From the NCBI GenBank assembly GCA_964016885.1, contig OZ024753.1:10850001-10914000 (forward strand): a stretch of DNA of 64,000 nt. Reading direction: 5' to 3'. The notes below the pieces were generated by a model. The model was given only the letters and a program-made list of their open reading frames with translations, ran no database searches and was not told where the DNA came from. The stretch's first letter is position 1; each line of letters starts with the position of its first letter. The stretch is from Eledone cirrhosa (Eukaryota). Both the position numbers and the translations under genes were made by a program. Below are positions 1 to 12,321 of this stretch, piece by piece.

Positions 1-240
1 TTACGAAAAAATGAAATACAATTTATCAAAAGATTCTTATGAAAAAATATAAAAATATATATTAAATAAAACATTATTCGAGTGTATGTTTTTTCTTTCT
101 TTTTTCGTTCGAGGTATGTAAAAAGAAAGCCACAAGGTATTGCAAGCCATTTTTGTAATGGCGTCTTCCCCATACATCACCCTTGTGGCAAAAAATTGTT
201 ATCATTGTTGTTGCTGTTGTTGTTGTTATTATTATTGTTG

Positions 241-279
<39 letters not shown>

Positions 280-1174
280 AGATTTCTAACATTAAGTCAC
301 CATTCTCTGACTCATGAAAAAAAAAAAGAACAAAGTAAAAAGAAAACAAAAATAAGATTAAAAGAAATCTCTAAAAAAAGAAGAAATATCAGACACATTG
401 ATCCTCACCTTAGTAGAGAGAGTTGTTGGTTATTTGGCTAAAGACTAAGGGGACTTGATATTAATGCCAGATCTTTGGGGAGAACAGTTCTTGGTTGTAT
501 CTGGATTAACCAAATGTTATTTAGATGTATTTTATTCCAGGTTAGAAGGAGAGATATACTGTTATAATATTTTGAGGTAGAGACTTTACTGAAAGGGTTG
601 AGGTAGAGACTTTATTGAATGAAACAATAAAGGGGAAAAAATATTCAAATGTCACTTATATGCTGTCCCTTTGGGCCTCAGCAGGTGTCTCTGTCATTCC
701 AGCTAGTTGCCTAACTGAAGAGTATTGTTGATGTAATGGACATTGCCAACGGCATAAACGATGACTTGCAGTGCTTATTCAAAGAAAACTCACACATCGA
801 CCAATGTATAATGTCTGTGTATGCCAGTGTATGTGTGTATGGCAGCGTGTGTGTGTGTATGTCTGTGTATGTGTGTATGTCAGTGTATGTGTGTATGGCA
901 GTGTAGGTATAGCTGTGTGAGAGATAGAGAGAGAAAGAGAAAGGTGGAGAAAGAGGGAGAGATAGAAGGAGAGAGACAGAGGTAGTGAGAGACCGATAAT
1001 GAGTGAGAAAGGGATAGTTTACAGTATATTCATGTCCAAAGGTCACACTCCTAAATTAATGAAGCCTATTCTAGATTATACTTTTTTCTTCATCATTTCT
1101 TTTTAAAGAAAGGATATCTAATACAGTTCTTGGCGCTGACCTTCATCTCATCAATGACTTTATCTTTTATATTA

Positions 1175-1212
<38 letters not shown>

Positions 1213-1424
1213 CATCGTCATCATATTTTTAGCTGATGGCAGACGGAATAATGATATTCTCTAAAATAGAAAAGGTTATTGCATTAAAGAATCATTTTAT
1301 TTGAATTATTCGTAATATTGAAATGAAGAGGGAATAAAAAACAAACAAAAAAAAAAAACACACCAAAATTAAACTCTCATAACAAACAAAATTATGAAAC
1401 TGTATTTCCAGAGAGAAGAAGAAT

Positions 1425-1638
1425 AGACCCCAGTAGTAAACTGGTACTTTTTTTTATCGACCTCGAAAGGATGAAAGGCAAAGTTAACCTCGGCGGGATT
1501 TGAAGTCAGGGAGCAGAGAGATGGAACGAATACTCTAAAACAGTGATTTTCAACCGGGGTCCATCAGTAAAAAAAGGTTGAGAACCCCTGCTCTAAAGCA
1601 TTCTATCCGACGTTCTAACGACTCTGGCAATTCGCCTT
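1425..1638 (-). mobile_element. Older copy of the tRNA-derived SINE, interrupted by a 50-bp hAT MITE
   Basis: Reverse complement of the SINE body (ggtactt...atcgacctcgaaaggatgaaaggcaaagttaacctcggcgggatttgaa); the head resumes after the MITE (gcattctatccgacgttctaacgactctggcaattcgcc). Confidence 0.8.
1541..1590. mobile_element. Minimal 50-bp hAT/Charlie-type MITE
   Basis: Imperfect TIRs CAGTGATTTTCAACC / GGTTGAGAACCCCTG; 8-bp TSD ctctaaaa (1533-1540) / ctctaaag (1591-1598). Confidence 0.8.
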
Positions 1639-1738
1639 AAGTTTATTTGAGAGTGATAAATAAATAGTTATATAAAATTGTATGTGACCTGGACAGCAAA
1701 GAAATGATATTAAGTTATTACTGCTCTCTAGAGGTACA

Positions 1739-1792
<54 letters not shown>

Positions 1793-1972
1793 AATAAACG
1801 TGTTGCGTGGTTGCTAATGGGTTACATATGAATAAAGTTAGTCCTTCATCAGTGATCTTCCAACCATCATTGGTATTTCATCGCTTTAAAGACCACACAA
1901 CACACACACACAAACAAGATGGCGTAGGACAGAACAAAGGAGAGGCACACAAACAAAGAAAAGAATCCCCAC

Positions 1973-2013
1973 TCACTGAAGAGGTCACAGAATGTGTGAC
2001 GAAAGAACTTTGA
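1973..2013 (+). ncRNA. Type I hammerhead ribozyme motif (minimal stem III)
   Basis: tca-CTGAAGA-g-GTCAC-agaatgt-GTGAC-GAAA-gaac-TT-tga. The cassette 1925-2225 recurs at 5960-6258, where GAAA has decayed to AAAA (6005-6047). Confidence 0.75.
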
Positions 2014-2276
2014 CAATATATATATATAAACAATCATCTGGTTGTGGAACCAACCAACCGGATTTTATAAATTCCTAAATTTATAAATTTATTATAATAA
2101 ATTGAAGTGAAAGCAACTGGTGCGTGTGTTTCTTATTGGCAACATGACCCTCCCGAAGTATAACAATATCGGTTTCAACACACGTTTTCAGATAAAGAAT
2201 CTTGCTAAACAAATTCAGAAACGAATATATATATATATATATAGTTAAAAGAATAGAGGTGTAACACACAAGTTAT

Positions 2277-2680
2277 TATATATTGGTAAACGGAATAGAA
2301 AATGCTGACAAATTGTTCACAGTTGAAAAATGGTTTAATTAGGAATAAAAGAGTATTAGTGATTGTATGGGTTAGTATTCAGTTGTGGTTTTAAGTTTTT
2401 AAGTTTTTACCGGTTGCGCATTTCTAAATGCTTTTCAAAAATAATTTTGAGATAGAGTGTCCGTGCTGTTTACTCTGATCAGAGCAAACAGCACGGACAC
2501 TCTATCTCAAAATTATTTTTGAAAAGCATTTAGAAATGCGCAACCGGTAAAAACTTAAAAACTTAAAACCACAACTGAATACTAACCCATACAATCACTA
2601 ATACTCTTTTATTCCTAATTAAACCATTTTTCAACTGTGAACAATTTGTCAGCATTTTCTATTCCGTTTACCAATATATA
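2277..2680. repeat. Near-perfect ~400-bp palindrome in TA context, carrying two inverted hammerhead-like cores
   Basis: Arms of ~200 bp, centre ctctgatcagag (2473-2484); each arm has TTGAAAA-GCATTT-ag-AAATGC-GCAA-CCGG-TA. Confidence 0.9.
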
Positions 2681-3080
2681 TATATATATATATATATAGT
2701 ATTAAGGGTACTATTTATGGTTATGTATGCAATAAAACCTATAATGGTAATATATTATATATACACAAACCCTAAATAGTGAAAGATAGTCATTAATTAC
2801 TATCCTATTACCAGATATATATATATATATTGTAAGTCGAACTTTAGCTGCAGTACAGCAAGTACTATTTGATTTGTTTGAGGCAATCGCAGAGCACTCA
2901 ATGGATCGAGCGTTAAAGACAAACATTAAGTCCAGAGTTAAACACCGTAGTTATAAAATGTGACACCAAGATAACCAACCGAAAGCAGAAAATATACATA
3001 CAACAAATTTAAGATAGATACAGAAAAGTTTAACATACTTACAGACATTTTATATATATATATATACATATATATATATA

Positions 3081-3268
3081 GGAACGAGTAGGACCCCGAC
3101 GGCTGAGCTCAAGCCGTTTCGACGGCTAATTCCGGACTAAGTCCGGAATTAGCCGTCGAAACGGCTTGAGCTCAGCCGTCGGGGTCCTACCCCCACTCTA
3201 CTACCCTAAGTATTGAGTACTTTGGTGCGTTATGGTCCACCTGGTTCCTTACCACATTTCCTTCGTTT
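3081..3268 (+). mobile_element. TA-flanked fold-back cassette, family A (hammerhead 3' half plus tail)
   Basis: Perfect 51-bp arms (3088-3190, centre 3139). The right arm reads GAAA-CGGC-ttgagctca-GCCG-TC-ggggt, followed by the tail ccactctactaccctaagtattgagtac...ccttcgtt. Confidence 0.85.
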
Positions 3269-3434
3269 TATATATATATATATGTAGTTTCGTTGACAAA
3301 TATATCAATGTGCCCAGACACGCAGATATATTTCTATTTAGCGCTGGCCTCGGGACCCCCCTGCTGGCCCCTTAACCTTGTTCTGGTGACGCAGCTTGAT
3401 GGAGCATGCAACTATTGATATACTCTTGTTTATA

Positions 3435-3487
3435 GGCTCTGATGATTCCTGCCTTGGGGTACGGATGAAACACTGTTAGCTAATAAA
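3435..3487 (+). ncRNA. Type I hammerhead ribozyme motif followed by AATAAA
   Basis: ggct-CTGATGA-t-TCC...GGA-t-GAAA-CA-c-TG-TT-agct, then AATAAA at 3482-3487; in a TA-flanked cassette. Confidence 0.8.
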
Positions 3488-3547
3488 ACAATGTATTTCT
3501 AAGCATTCTTTAGTTATTCCTAAACACATATATATATACATATATGT

Positions 3548-3626
<79 letters not shown>

Positions 3627-3666
3627 TGTGTGTGTTATATATATGTACATAGGCGGTGGATACAAG

Positions 3667-3848
3667 GGCGGTGGGTTGGCAGTATCGGTAGAGAGTCGGA
3701 CACCATGCTTTGAAGCATAGAGTTACGTCCCTTTATGATCTGAGTTCAAATCCCGCCGAGGTTAACTTTGCCTTTCATCCTTACGGGGTCGATAAAATAA
3801 AGTACCAGTAATGCACTGGGTAATTGCTGGCCTTGTGCCAAAAGGTAG
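3667..3848 (+). mobile_element. Full-length tRNA-derived SINE (dominant family)
   Basis: A-box-like TGGCAGTATCGG, B-box GAGTTCAAATCC, body tttgcctttcatccttacggggtcgataaaataaagtaccag, end ggccttgtgccaaaag. Confidence 0.9.
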
Positions 3849-3892
3849 ATGTATGGTTGCATAATTGTAAACACATACGATATTATATATAT

Positions 3893-4030
3893 CATCATCA
3901 TCATCATTTTACATCCGCTTTTCCTTGCTTGCAAGGGTGGGACGGGAACTGATTCTGGCTTGATTTCTACAGCTGGATGCCCTTCCTAACACCAACCTCA
4001 TTTACAGTGAGTGTTGGGTGCTTTTTGCAG
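3893..4030 (-). mobile_element. 3' portion of a second dispersed retroposon ending in an (ATG)n tail
   Basis: Minus strand reads ggttggtgttaggaagggcatccagctgtagaaa...gcggatgtaaaatgatgatgatg; resembles a common octopus repeat, family not verified. Confidence 0.5.
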
Positions 4031-4084
4031 TGGCACCTTCACGACCACTTTACAGTGGAATGATAGGGACCCCAGTCCCTATCA

Positions 4085-4225
4085 TCTCATTTCTACAGCT
4101 GAGTAAACTGGAGCAATGTGAAATAAAGTGTCTTGCTCAAGGAAACAACACATCACCTGGTCTGAGAATTGAACTCACAACCTTTCGATTGCAAGCCCAA
4201 TGCTCTAACCACTAAGCCATGTGCC
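4085..4225 (-). mobile_element. tRNA-derived CORE-like SINE (second family)
   Basis: Minus strand: TGGCTTAGTGG A-box, GAGTTCAATTC B-box, then ccttgagcaagacactttatttcac. A related plus-strand copy lies at 56636-56750. Confidence 0.75.
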
Positions 4226-4608
4226 TCCAGCTAAGCCATGTGCCTCCTATATATATATAGGGCATGATATAAGGTTTTTGTCGAAAAGGGTGGCTAAATG
4301 GCAACGTTACACCCATTGTAACAAATATATCCCTCCACACACACACTCATATAGCCTCTCTCTCTCTCTCACACACACACTCACACAGACTCACACATAC
4401 ACACACACACTCACAGACACACACACAGACTCTCTGTCTCTCTCTCACACACACACACACACTCAGAGACACACACAGACTCACACACACACAGACTCAC
4501 ACACACACAGACACACTCACAGACACACACACAGACTCTCTCTCTCTCTCTCTCTCACACACACAGATTCTATCTCTCTCTCTCTCTCTCATCTCACACA
4601 CACAGACT

Positions 4609-4664
<56 letters not shown>

Positions 4665-5109
4665 ACACATGTGGAAATGTGTCTAAATAAAATAGCCTTG
4701 ACATTGTAGTCAACAAAGAATCAAGTTTAAGAAGCTAAATTCAAAAAAGCTATCTCGCTTCCCTAATATCCTATTTTCCATTGTGAAAATCTGTTATGCC
4801 AGATGGTGTTGGAGCAAAATGTTATTCTTCAGTGTCACTTGTCACTACACTTTGACCTAGTCAACGCCTGTTGTTTAACAAGTCTACCATTCACTAATCC
4901 AGGGCAGTGAAACTGGTGCAGAGGGTACTGAGAACACCTCGTTGTTAACTCTTACTGTAATACTTAGCAAAGTAGAACATCATGGATACTCTAAATTTAA
5001 ATCTCACTAGCAGGAGCTAATTAAACATACATGCATACATAAAACAGACATGCATATATTTATTTATTTATTTATTTATTTATTAAAATAACAGATTAAA
5101 GTTTAAGCA

Positions 5110-5147
5110 AAGAATCGCTGCTTTCACCCTTAACGGGATCTTCTGAA
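5110..5147 (-). ncRNA. Variant hammerhead-like core (CAGAAGA)
   Basis: Minus strand CAGAAGA-t-CCC-gttaa-GGG-t-GAAA-gc; the same family lies on the plus strand at 56469-56500. Confidence 0.45.
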
Positions 5148-5197
5148 ACTCAGACTTTTAGTCTTCAAATTTATTATTATTACTATATATATATGTG

Positions 5198-5293
<96 letters not shown>

Positions 5294-5514
5294 AATGTGG
5301 AGATGAAGCACACGAGTTAGGATATATATATATATATGAAAACTATGAGAGAGAGACAAAATATGAGAGAGAGACAAAAAAAAAGGAAAAAATATTTTTC
5401 TTCCCCATAACCGTCTCTTTCTCCCTGTTTTCATATATATATATATATATAAAATAACAAAATAAGATGCTGAGGTTACATATATCGTATATATATATAT
5501 TTCATATAGAAATG

Positions 5515-5563
5515 GCTTCTACAGGACTAGAACTGTTTCATTCGGGAGAAATCATCAGGAAGC
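5515..5563 (-). ncRNA. Canonical type I hammerhead ribozyme motif (family B)
   Basis: Minus strand GCTTC-CTGATGA-t-TTC-tccc-GAA-t-GAAA-CAG-ttctagtc-CTG-TA-GAAGC; all three stems pair, GUA cleavage triplet. Confidence 0.88.
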
Positions 5564-5564
5564 G

Positions 5565-5603
<39 letters not shown>

Positions 5604-5606
<3 letters not shown>

Positions 5607-5882
5607 GAAAAAAGATGAAATCGAAAATGCAACTAGAGTCTTTTTTTAAAAGATATATATTTATTTGGTTCCTCTACCGGTTTCGCAGTTCTTGTGCTTT
5701 TCAAAAGTAGAATTGAGATGGAGGGTTTGTGGTTTTTCTCAGATGCGAGAAAAACCATAAACCCTCCATCTCAATTCTACTTTTGAAAAGCACAAGAACT
5801 GCGAAACCGGTAGAGGAACCAAATAAATATATTTAAAAAAAAAAAGACTCCAGTTGCGTTTTCGATTTCATCTTTTTTCCTT
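5604..5882. repeat. ~280-bp palindrome with two inverted U3-A8 hammerhead cores
   Basis: Centre ttttctc-agatgc-gagaaaa (~5743). Plus arm: ctt-TTGAAAA(5783-5789)-GCA-caagaac-TGC-GAAA-CCGG-TA-gag. Confidence 0.88.
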
Positions 5883-6255
5883 ATACTTTCACTCGTGCAG
5901 GACATCTCGTTTTTTTTTCATTTTGTAAAAAAAAACCTCACTTTCTAATATATATATATAGGACAGAACAAAGGAGAGGCACAAAAAAAAAGAAAAGAAA
6001 CCCAGTCACTGAAGAGGTCACAGAATGTGTGACAAAAGAACTTTGACAATATATAAACAACCATCTGATTGTGGAACCAACCAACCAACCGGAAATTTAT
6101 AAATTCCTAAATTTATAAATTTATTATAATAAATTGAAGTGAAAGCAGCTGGTAGGTGTGTTTCTTATTGGCAACATGACCCTCCCAAAGTATAACAATA
6201 TCGGTTTCAACACACGTTTTCAGATAAAGAATCTTGCTAACCAAATTCAGAAACG

Positions 6256-6320
<65 letters not shown>

Positions 6321-6540
6321 TATTTTAAACTTTATTTTATCATGAGTTAAAGGTCTATTGATTTTCCCCTGGATTTCACTAAATTCTGTGGATGAATTTG
6401 TATCCCGATTCTCTTTTGAGATGAGTTTGAATTATTTTTCCTAAATCTTACGTTAACTATTTTTCCCATCTTGACGACATAGTCGCATATATGTTATAGA
6501 ATACTATTAGCTTCTCGCTAAAACAACTTCTATACCTTTC

Positions 6541-6597
<57 letters not shown>

Positions 6598-6598
<1 letters not shown>

Positions 6599-6745
6599 AA
6601 AAGAATGACTTCACTTGTAGTTCTAAACAATTTCATTTAATTTAATAATATAATTTTACAATTTGGTTTTGTAGATCTACAAAACCAAATTGTAAAATTA
6701 TATTATAAATATTAAATTAAATTGTTTAGTGAAATCATTCTTTTA
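6598..6745. repeat. Imperfect AT-rich palindrome adjoining a TA tract
   Basis: Centre gtagatctac (6671-6680); arms aattttacaatttggtttt / aaaaccaaattgtaaaatt extend to aaagaatga / tcattcttt. Confidence 0.8.
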
Positions 6746-6875
6746 CTTTTTTTTAAATATACCTAACTGTACCAAGGATTTCACACATTTTCCAATATAT
6801 ATATGTGTGTGTGTGCTCTTTGTTCTTGAATGTTTGGTTGGTAGAGTCCATAACACCAATTAAACCCCTTTTATA

Positions 6876-6927
6876 GCTCTGACGAACCCTACGGTTACGT
6901 AAGGAAGAAACATTGTAAGCCAATAAA
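6876..6927 (+). ncRNA. Type I hammerhead ribozyme motif followed by AATAAA
   Basis: gct-CTGACGA-a-cCCTACG-gtta-CGTAAGG-aa-GAAA-CA-t-TG-TA-agc-c-AATAAA; same architecture as the 3435 motif. Confidence 0.75.
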
Positions 6928-6990
6928 AATCTTTTGATGTTGTAGACGCTCTTGTGTTCTTTATCATATATGTGTGTGTGTGTGTGTGTA

Positions 6991-7126
6991 AACAAAGGTG
7001 TGGTAAGATACCAGGTGGACTATAACGCACCAGAGTACTCGATACTTAGGGTGGTAGAGTGGATAATAGGGAAAGAGTCAGGACCCCGACGGACGAGCTC
7101 CGGCCGTTTCGACGACAGCTAGATCT
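6991..7126 (-). mobile_element. Family A cassette, single arm truncated in stem II
   Basis: Reverse complement of the family A tail plus ggaccccgacggacgagctccggccgtttcgac...agctagatct. Confidence 0.75.
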
Positions 7127-7260
7127 GAACTAATCCAGCAGTATTATCAGAACTGCGTGAATCTAGCTGAACTTATTAAGGGGTATACTCAGTAACCTAG
7201 TATATAGTGTTATATAGTAAAGATTATTCCGTGTTGTTATTGTTGCTATTCTTCTTCTTA

Positions 7261-7400
7261 GCATAGTTACGTCCCTTTACGATCTGAGTTCAAATCCCGC
7301 CGAGGTTGACTTTGCCTTTCATCCTTACGGGGTCGATAAAATAAAGTACCAGTAATGCACTGGGTAATTGCTGGCCTTGTGCCTAAAAGTAGAAACAATT
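7261..7400 (+). mobile_element. 5'-truncated SINE flanked by 118-bp direct repeats
   Basis: SINE body and tail; 7143-7260 is repeated at 7398-7515 with one visible mismatch. Confidence 0.88.
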
Positions 7401-7744
7401 ATCAGAACTGCGTGAATCTAGCTGAACTTATTAAGGGGTATACTCAGTAACCTAGTATATAGTGTTATATAGTAGAGATTATTCCGTGTTGTTATTGTTG
7501 CTATTCTTCTTCTTACTGTTGTTGCTTCTATTGAAGTTCCCCCACATTGTTCTATAGTATCGTCACTAATGCAACGAACCTGCTCCCTTCTGTCTCCTCA
7601 CCCAACTCCCATGGGAACATATGTTCTTATCTAAAATGGACGAATAGCTTCTTTTTTTTTGTTTTTTGTCGGCAACAAAAGATGTATTGTGTTATAACTA
7701 CATTCTCATGCATGGGTAAGCTCAACATTATATTCTCTCACTCT

Positions 7745-7762
7745 GTGTGTATGTATGTGTGT

Positions 7763-7793
<31 letters not shown>

Positions 7794-7814
7794 CATACAT
7801 ATATATATATATAC

Positions 7815-7849
<35 letters not shown>

Positions 7850-7954
7850 CATACATATATATATATATACATATACACACATACATATATACATATATAT
7901 ATATATAAACACACATACATACACATATATATATATTATACACACATACATATT

Positions 7955-7986
<32 letters not shown>

Positions 7987-8130
7987 ATACATACATACAT
8001 ATTTATATATATATATATATACATACATACAAATTTATATATATATACACATACATACATATTTATATATATATACACATACATACATATTTATATATAT
8101 ATACACATACATATATATATATATATATAT

Positions 8131-8173
<43 letters not shown>

Positions 8174-8317
8174 CATATTTATATATATATATACACATAC
8201 ATATATATATATATACACATACATACATATATATATATATACACATACATACATATATATATATATACACATACATACATATATATTTATATATATATAT
8301 ATACATATATATATATT

Positions 8318-8348
<31 letters not shown>

Positions 8349-8351
8349 TTA

Positions 8352-8415
<64 letters not shown>

Positions 8416-8450
8416 CGCATGCATACAACACTCATATGTGTGTGTGTGTG
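7745..8450. repeat. Compound (TA)n/(CA)n microsatellite
   Basis: Direct reading; explains the I/Y/H/T-rich ORFs. Confidence 0.97.
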
Positions 8451-8540
8451 AATGTAAAAGGTAAACAGAAATAACAACATAATCGGTACAATATATGGAA
8501 GGAATATATTAAGTTAACGCTTGAAATAGCAGAAAGACGG

Positions 8541-8576
8541 TCATAACGTTTCGGACGCTAGTCCTTCATCAGAAGA
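8541..8576 (-). ncRNA. Minimal type I hammerhead motif (palindromic stem III AACGTT)
   Basis: Minus strand tctt-CTGATGA-a-GGAC-tagc-GTCC-GAAA-CG-TT-atga. The host cassette 8453-8645 recurs at 24821-25002. Confidence 0.8.
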
Positions 8577-8666
8577 AAGAATGAGAAATTAGATAGATTG
8601 AAGGGACGGGCGGGGTGGAATTGGAAAAAATGTTTTTAGAGAAAAATAATATGTCCATTCATGTTG

Positions 8667-8706
<40 letters not shown>

Positions 8707-8837
8707 GAACGCGTCAAGTAACAGTCCTTTTTTCTGAGGGGTCTCTTGATAGGCCGTATCAATCTCACAGCGACGATGCATTTTTATAGTGCAGAATCGT
8801 TGCACACGGATCGACGAAACTTTCTTTCGCTTTATAT

Positions 8838-9138
8838 CAAACATAAAACGAAAGAAAGTCGATGTTTGATGAAATAAAACGAAAAAGGTCCATGTTTGAT
8901 GAAATAAAACGAAAAAGGTCCATAGTTGATAAAATAAAACGAAAAAGGTCCATGTTTGATGAAATTAAACGAAAAAAGTCGGTGTTTGATGAAATACGAA
9001 AAAAAGTCGACGTTTGATGTAATAAAACTAAAGAAACTCGATGTTTGATGAAATTAAACGATAGAAACTCGATGTTTGATGGAATAAAATGATAGAAACT
9101 CGATGTTTGATGGAATAAAACGAAAGAAAGTCGATGTT
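8838..9138. repeat. 30-bp minisatellite, ~10 copies
   Basis: Unit gatgtttgatgaaataaaacgaaaaaggtc with variants. Confidence 0.92.
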
Positions 9139-9532
9139 GCTGGCCTTGTGCCAAAAGAAGAAACAATTATTTTTAATGGCGGTGTAAGGACGGTGGATTA
9201 GAAGTATCGACAGAAAGTCCTTTGCTGCAAACAGCTAGGCCCTTTATGAGTTCAAATACCGCTGAAGTTAGCGGTCGATAAAATAAAGTACTATTGGGTT
9301 CGATTTAGTTGACTTTCCCCTCCCCTTCAAATTACTGCCCTTGTGCCATTATTTTCAGGCAGTATCGGTAGAGGGTCGGATATGCTTTCCAGCATAGTTA
9401 CGTCCCTTTACGATCTGAGTTCAAATCCCGCCGAGGTTGACTTTGCCTTTCATCCTTACAGGGTCGATCAAATAAAGTACCAGTAATGTACTGGTTAATT
9501 GCTGGCCTTGTGCCAAAAGTAGAAACAATTAT
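9136..9532 (+). mobile_element. Cluster of three head-to-tail SINE pieces
   Basis: Tail fragment 9136-9170, diverged copy ~9178-9350, young copy 9358-9532. Confidence 0.85.
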
Positions 9533-9639
9533 TTTCAATAGCAGTAGCAAAGAGTTTGCGAGCAGGTGGGGAATAGGATTATGTATGTCTATGTGTGCGT
9601 GTGCGTGTGCGTGTGCGTGTGCGTGTGCGTGTGTGTGTG

Positions 9640-10405
9640 TGTGTTCTTCTGGTTTTATAATTTTATTAATTTTTATCAATAGAGAGAGTGAGAGAGAGTG
9701 TGAGAGAGTGTGAGAGAAAGAGAGAGTCGGTTTCTAACGTAGATACAAGACTCTCCCATTGGAATTTACCCAATATCAACTAGGTAGATATGTATATATG
9801 TCTGCACGTGTGTGCAAGTTTGGATGTTACTGTATGTGTGGATGTGTATGTTTTGAGTTATATGTGTATATGTGCATACGCTTTGTATCTGTACATGTGT
9901 ACATGCAGTTATTAGATGCAGAATTTTTGGATTGTTTTACATATTTTTACTGTTTCATTAATCGATTGTACTTGTAATTTCCTAACTAGTTGTGTTCTTT
10001 CTGTTCCTGTGAAGCCTAGCTTCTCAAGATTTGTATTGAGGCAGTTACTAACATACCCCAGTGCCCCAATAATCACAGTACATATGTATGTTCTTTTGGT
10101 TTTATAATTTCACAAATTTTTGTCTCAATAGAGAGAGAGAGTCGGTTTCTAACATAGACACAAGACTCTCTCATTGGAATTTACACAACATCAACTAGGT
10201 AGATATGTATGTATGCATGCATGCATGCATGTGTAGATATGGATGTTATTGTATGTGTGGATGTGGATGTTTTGAGTTGTATGTGTGTATGTGTATATGC
10301 TTTGTATCTGTACATGTGTATATGCAGTTATTAGATGCAAAAGTTTTGGAATGTTTTACATATTTTTATTGTTCCATTAATGGATTGTACTTGTAGTTTC
10401 CTATG
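9640..10405. repeat. Diverged local duplication (~9640-9985 vs ~10088-10405)
   Basis: Shared gtcggtttctaac...caactaggtagatatg...atgcagttattagatgca...gattgtacttgta. Confidence 0.85.
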
Positions 10406-10479
10406 TATGTATGGTGTGTGTGTGTGTGTGTGTGTCTGTGTGTGTAGGAAAATCTAATGACTACCTCCTCGTAAAAATA

Positions 10480-11043
10480 ACGGTTTCTTATATAGGCGCA
10501 AGGCCAGCAATGTTGGGGGAGGGGAACGCCGATTAAATCGACCCCAGTGCGTGACTGGTACTTTATTGCCTGATTATTACCTGTAAACTATTGTCTTGTT
10601 GGTGGTAAATAAATATAGCCATATATATTAGGTCTGAACATAATTGTTTCTACTTTTGGCACAAGGCCAGCAATTATCTCAGTGTATTACTGGTACTTTA
10701 TTTTATCGACCCCGTAATGATGAAAGGCAAATTTAACCGCGGCGGGATTTGAATTCAGATGATAAAGAGCCGTAACTCTATGCTGCAAAGCATGGCGTCC
10801 GACCCTCTACCGATACTGCCAATCCACCGCCCTTTTCCAAGTGATAATAATAATAAAAATAATTGTTTCTACGTTAGGCACAAGGCCAGCAAATACCCAG
10901 TGCATTACTGGTACTTTATTTTATCGACCCCGTATGGATGAAAGGCAAAGTCAACCTCGGCGGGATTTGAACTCGGAATGGCAAGGGCCGTAACTCTATA
11001 CGTCAAAGCATGGCGTCCAACCCTCTACCAATACTGCCAATCC
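10480..11043 (-). mobile_element. SINE cluster (one fragment and two near-full copies)
   Basis: Reverse-complement SINE bodies at ~10480-10567, 10640-10832 and 10860-11043. Confidence 0.88.
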
Positions 11044-11044
11044 A

Positions 11045-11194
11045 GTAGTAGTAGTAGTAGTAGTAGTAGTATAATAATAAAAATAATGATTTCTACTTTA
11101 GGGTCAAGATAAAATCGATCGAAGTACTTGACTGGTACTTCATTGTATTAACCCAACAACACAAAGAACAGAAATTTCCAAACATCAATGTTAT

Positions 11195-11232
<38 letters not shown>

Positions 11233-11313
11233 ATAGTAGTAGTAGTAGTAGTAGTAGTAGTAATAGTAGTAGTAGTAACAGTAGCAGTAACAGTAGTAGT
11301 AGTAGCAGTAACA

Positions 11314-11344
<31 letters not shown>

Positions 11345-11709
11345 CAGTAACAGTAGCAGTAGTAGTAGTAGTAATAGTAGTAGCAGCAGCAGTAGTAGTA
11401 GTAGCAGCAGCAGCAGAATCAGTAGTAGTAGCAGTAGTAGTAGCAGTAGCAGTAGTAGCAGTAGGAGTAGTAGTAGCAGTAGTAGCAGTAGTAGTAGTAG
11501 TAGCAGTAGTAGCAGTAGCAGTAGTTATAGCAACAGCAGTAGCAGTAGTAGTAGCCATAGCAGCAGTAGTAGTAGTAGTAGTAGCAGTAGTAGTAGCAGT
11601 AGCAAGAATCCATTGAAGTGTAGGTAAGAGAATTAGGGATTCTTAGAACAAAAGAATTGTCAGACTTGATAATGAAAGTAGCAGCAGCAGCTACAATAAT
11701 AACAACAAC

Positions 11710-11753
<44 letters not shown>

Positions 11754-11925
11754 CCATAGCAGTAGTAGTAGTAGTAGTAGTAGCCATAGCAGTAGTAGTA
11801 GTAGCAGCAGTAGTAGTAGCCATAGCAGTAGTAGTAGTAGTAGTTGTAGCAACAGTAGTAGTAGTTGTAGCTGTAGTAACAGTAGTAGTGGTAGTAGTAG
11901 CAGCAGCTATAGTAGAAGCTATAGC

Positions 11926-11956
<31 letters not shown>

Positions 11957-12072
11957 GTAGTAGCTATAGTAGTAGTAGTAGCTATAGTAGTAGTAGTAGC
12001 TATAGTAGTAGTAGTAGTAGTAGCTATAGTAGTAGTAGTAGTAGCTATAGTAGTAGTAGTAGTAGTAGTGCC

Positions 12073-12113
<41 letters not shown>

Positions 12114-12259
12114 CAGTGGAGGTGTTAAAACAATAGAATTATCTGCCTCAGTAATGAAAGCTGTAGTAACAACATAAGGAAACAGAGAGCAACCTTTGAA
12201 ACAATAGCAGCAGCAGCAGTGGTGGTGGTGGTGGTAATAGTAGTGGTAGTAGTAGTAGC

Positions 12260-12321
<62 letters not shown>

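Noticed and set aside
660-815. Unique stretch readable as LKSIVDVMDIANGINDDLQCLFKENSHIDQCIM
   Set aside because: Bounded by a stop and a microsatellite, with no clear splice sites and no recognised homology.
3667-3760. A-box and B-box as tRNA genes
   Set aside because: They are SINE heads that run into the SINE body; no acceptor stem or cloverleaf.
4951-4995. Possible 35-bp minus-strand micro-exon (AG...GTAAG); also donor-like sites near 54503 and 55145
   Set aside because: Splice-like motifs are expected by chance; no recognisable peptide or consistent exon chain.
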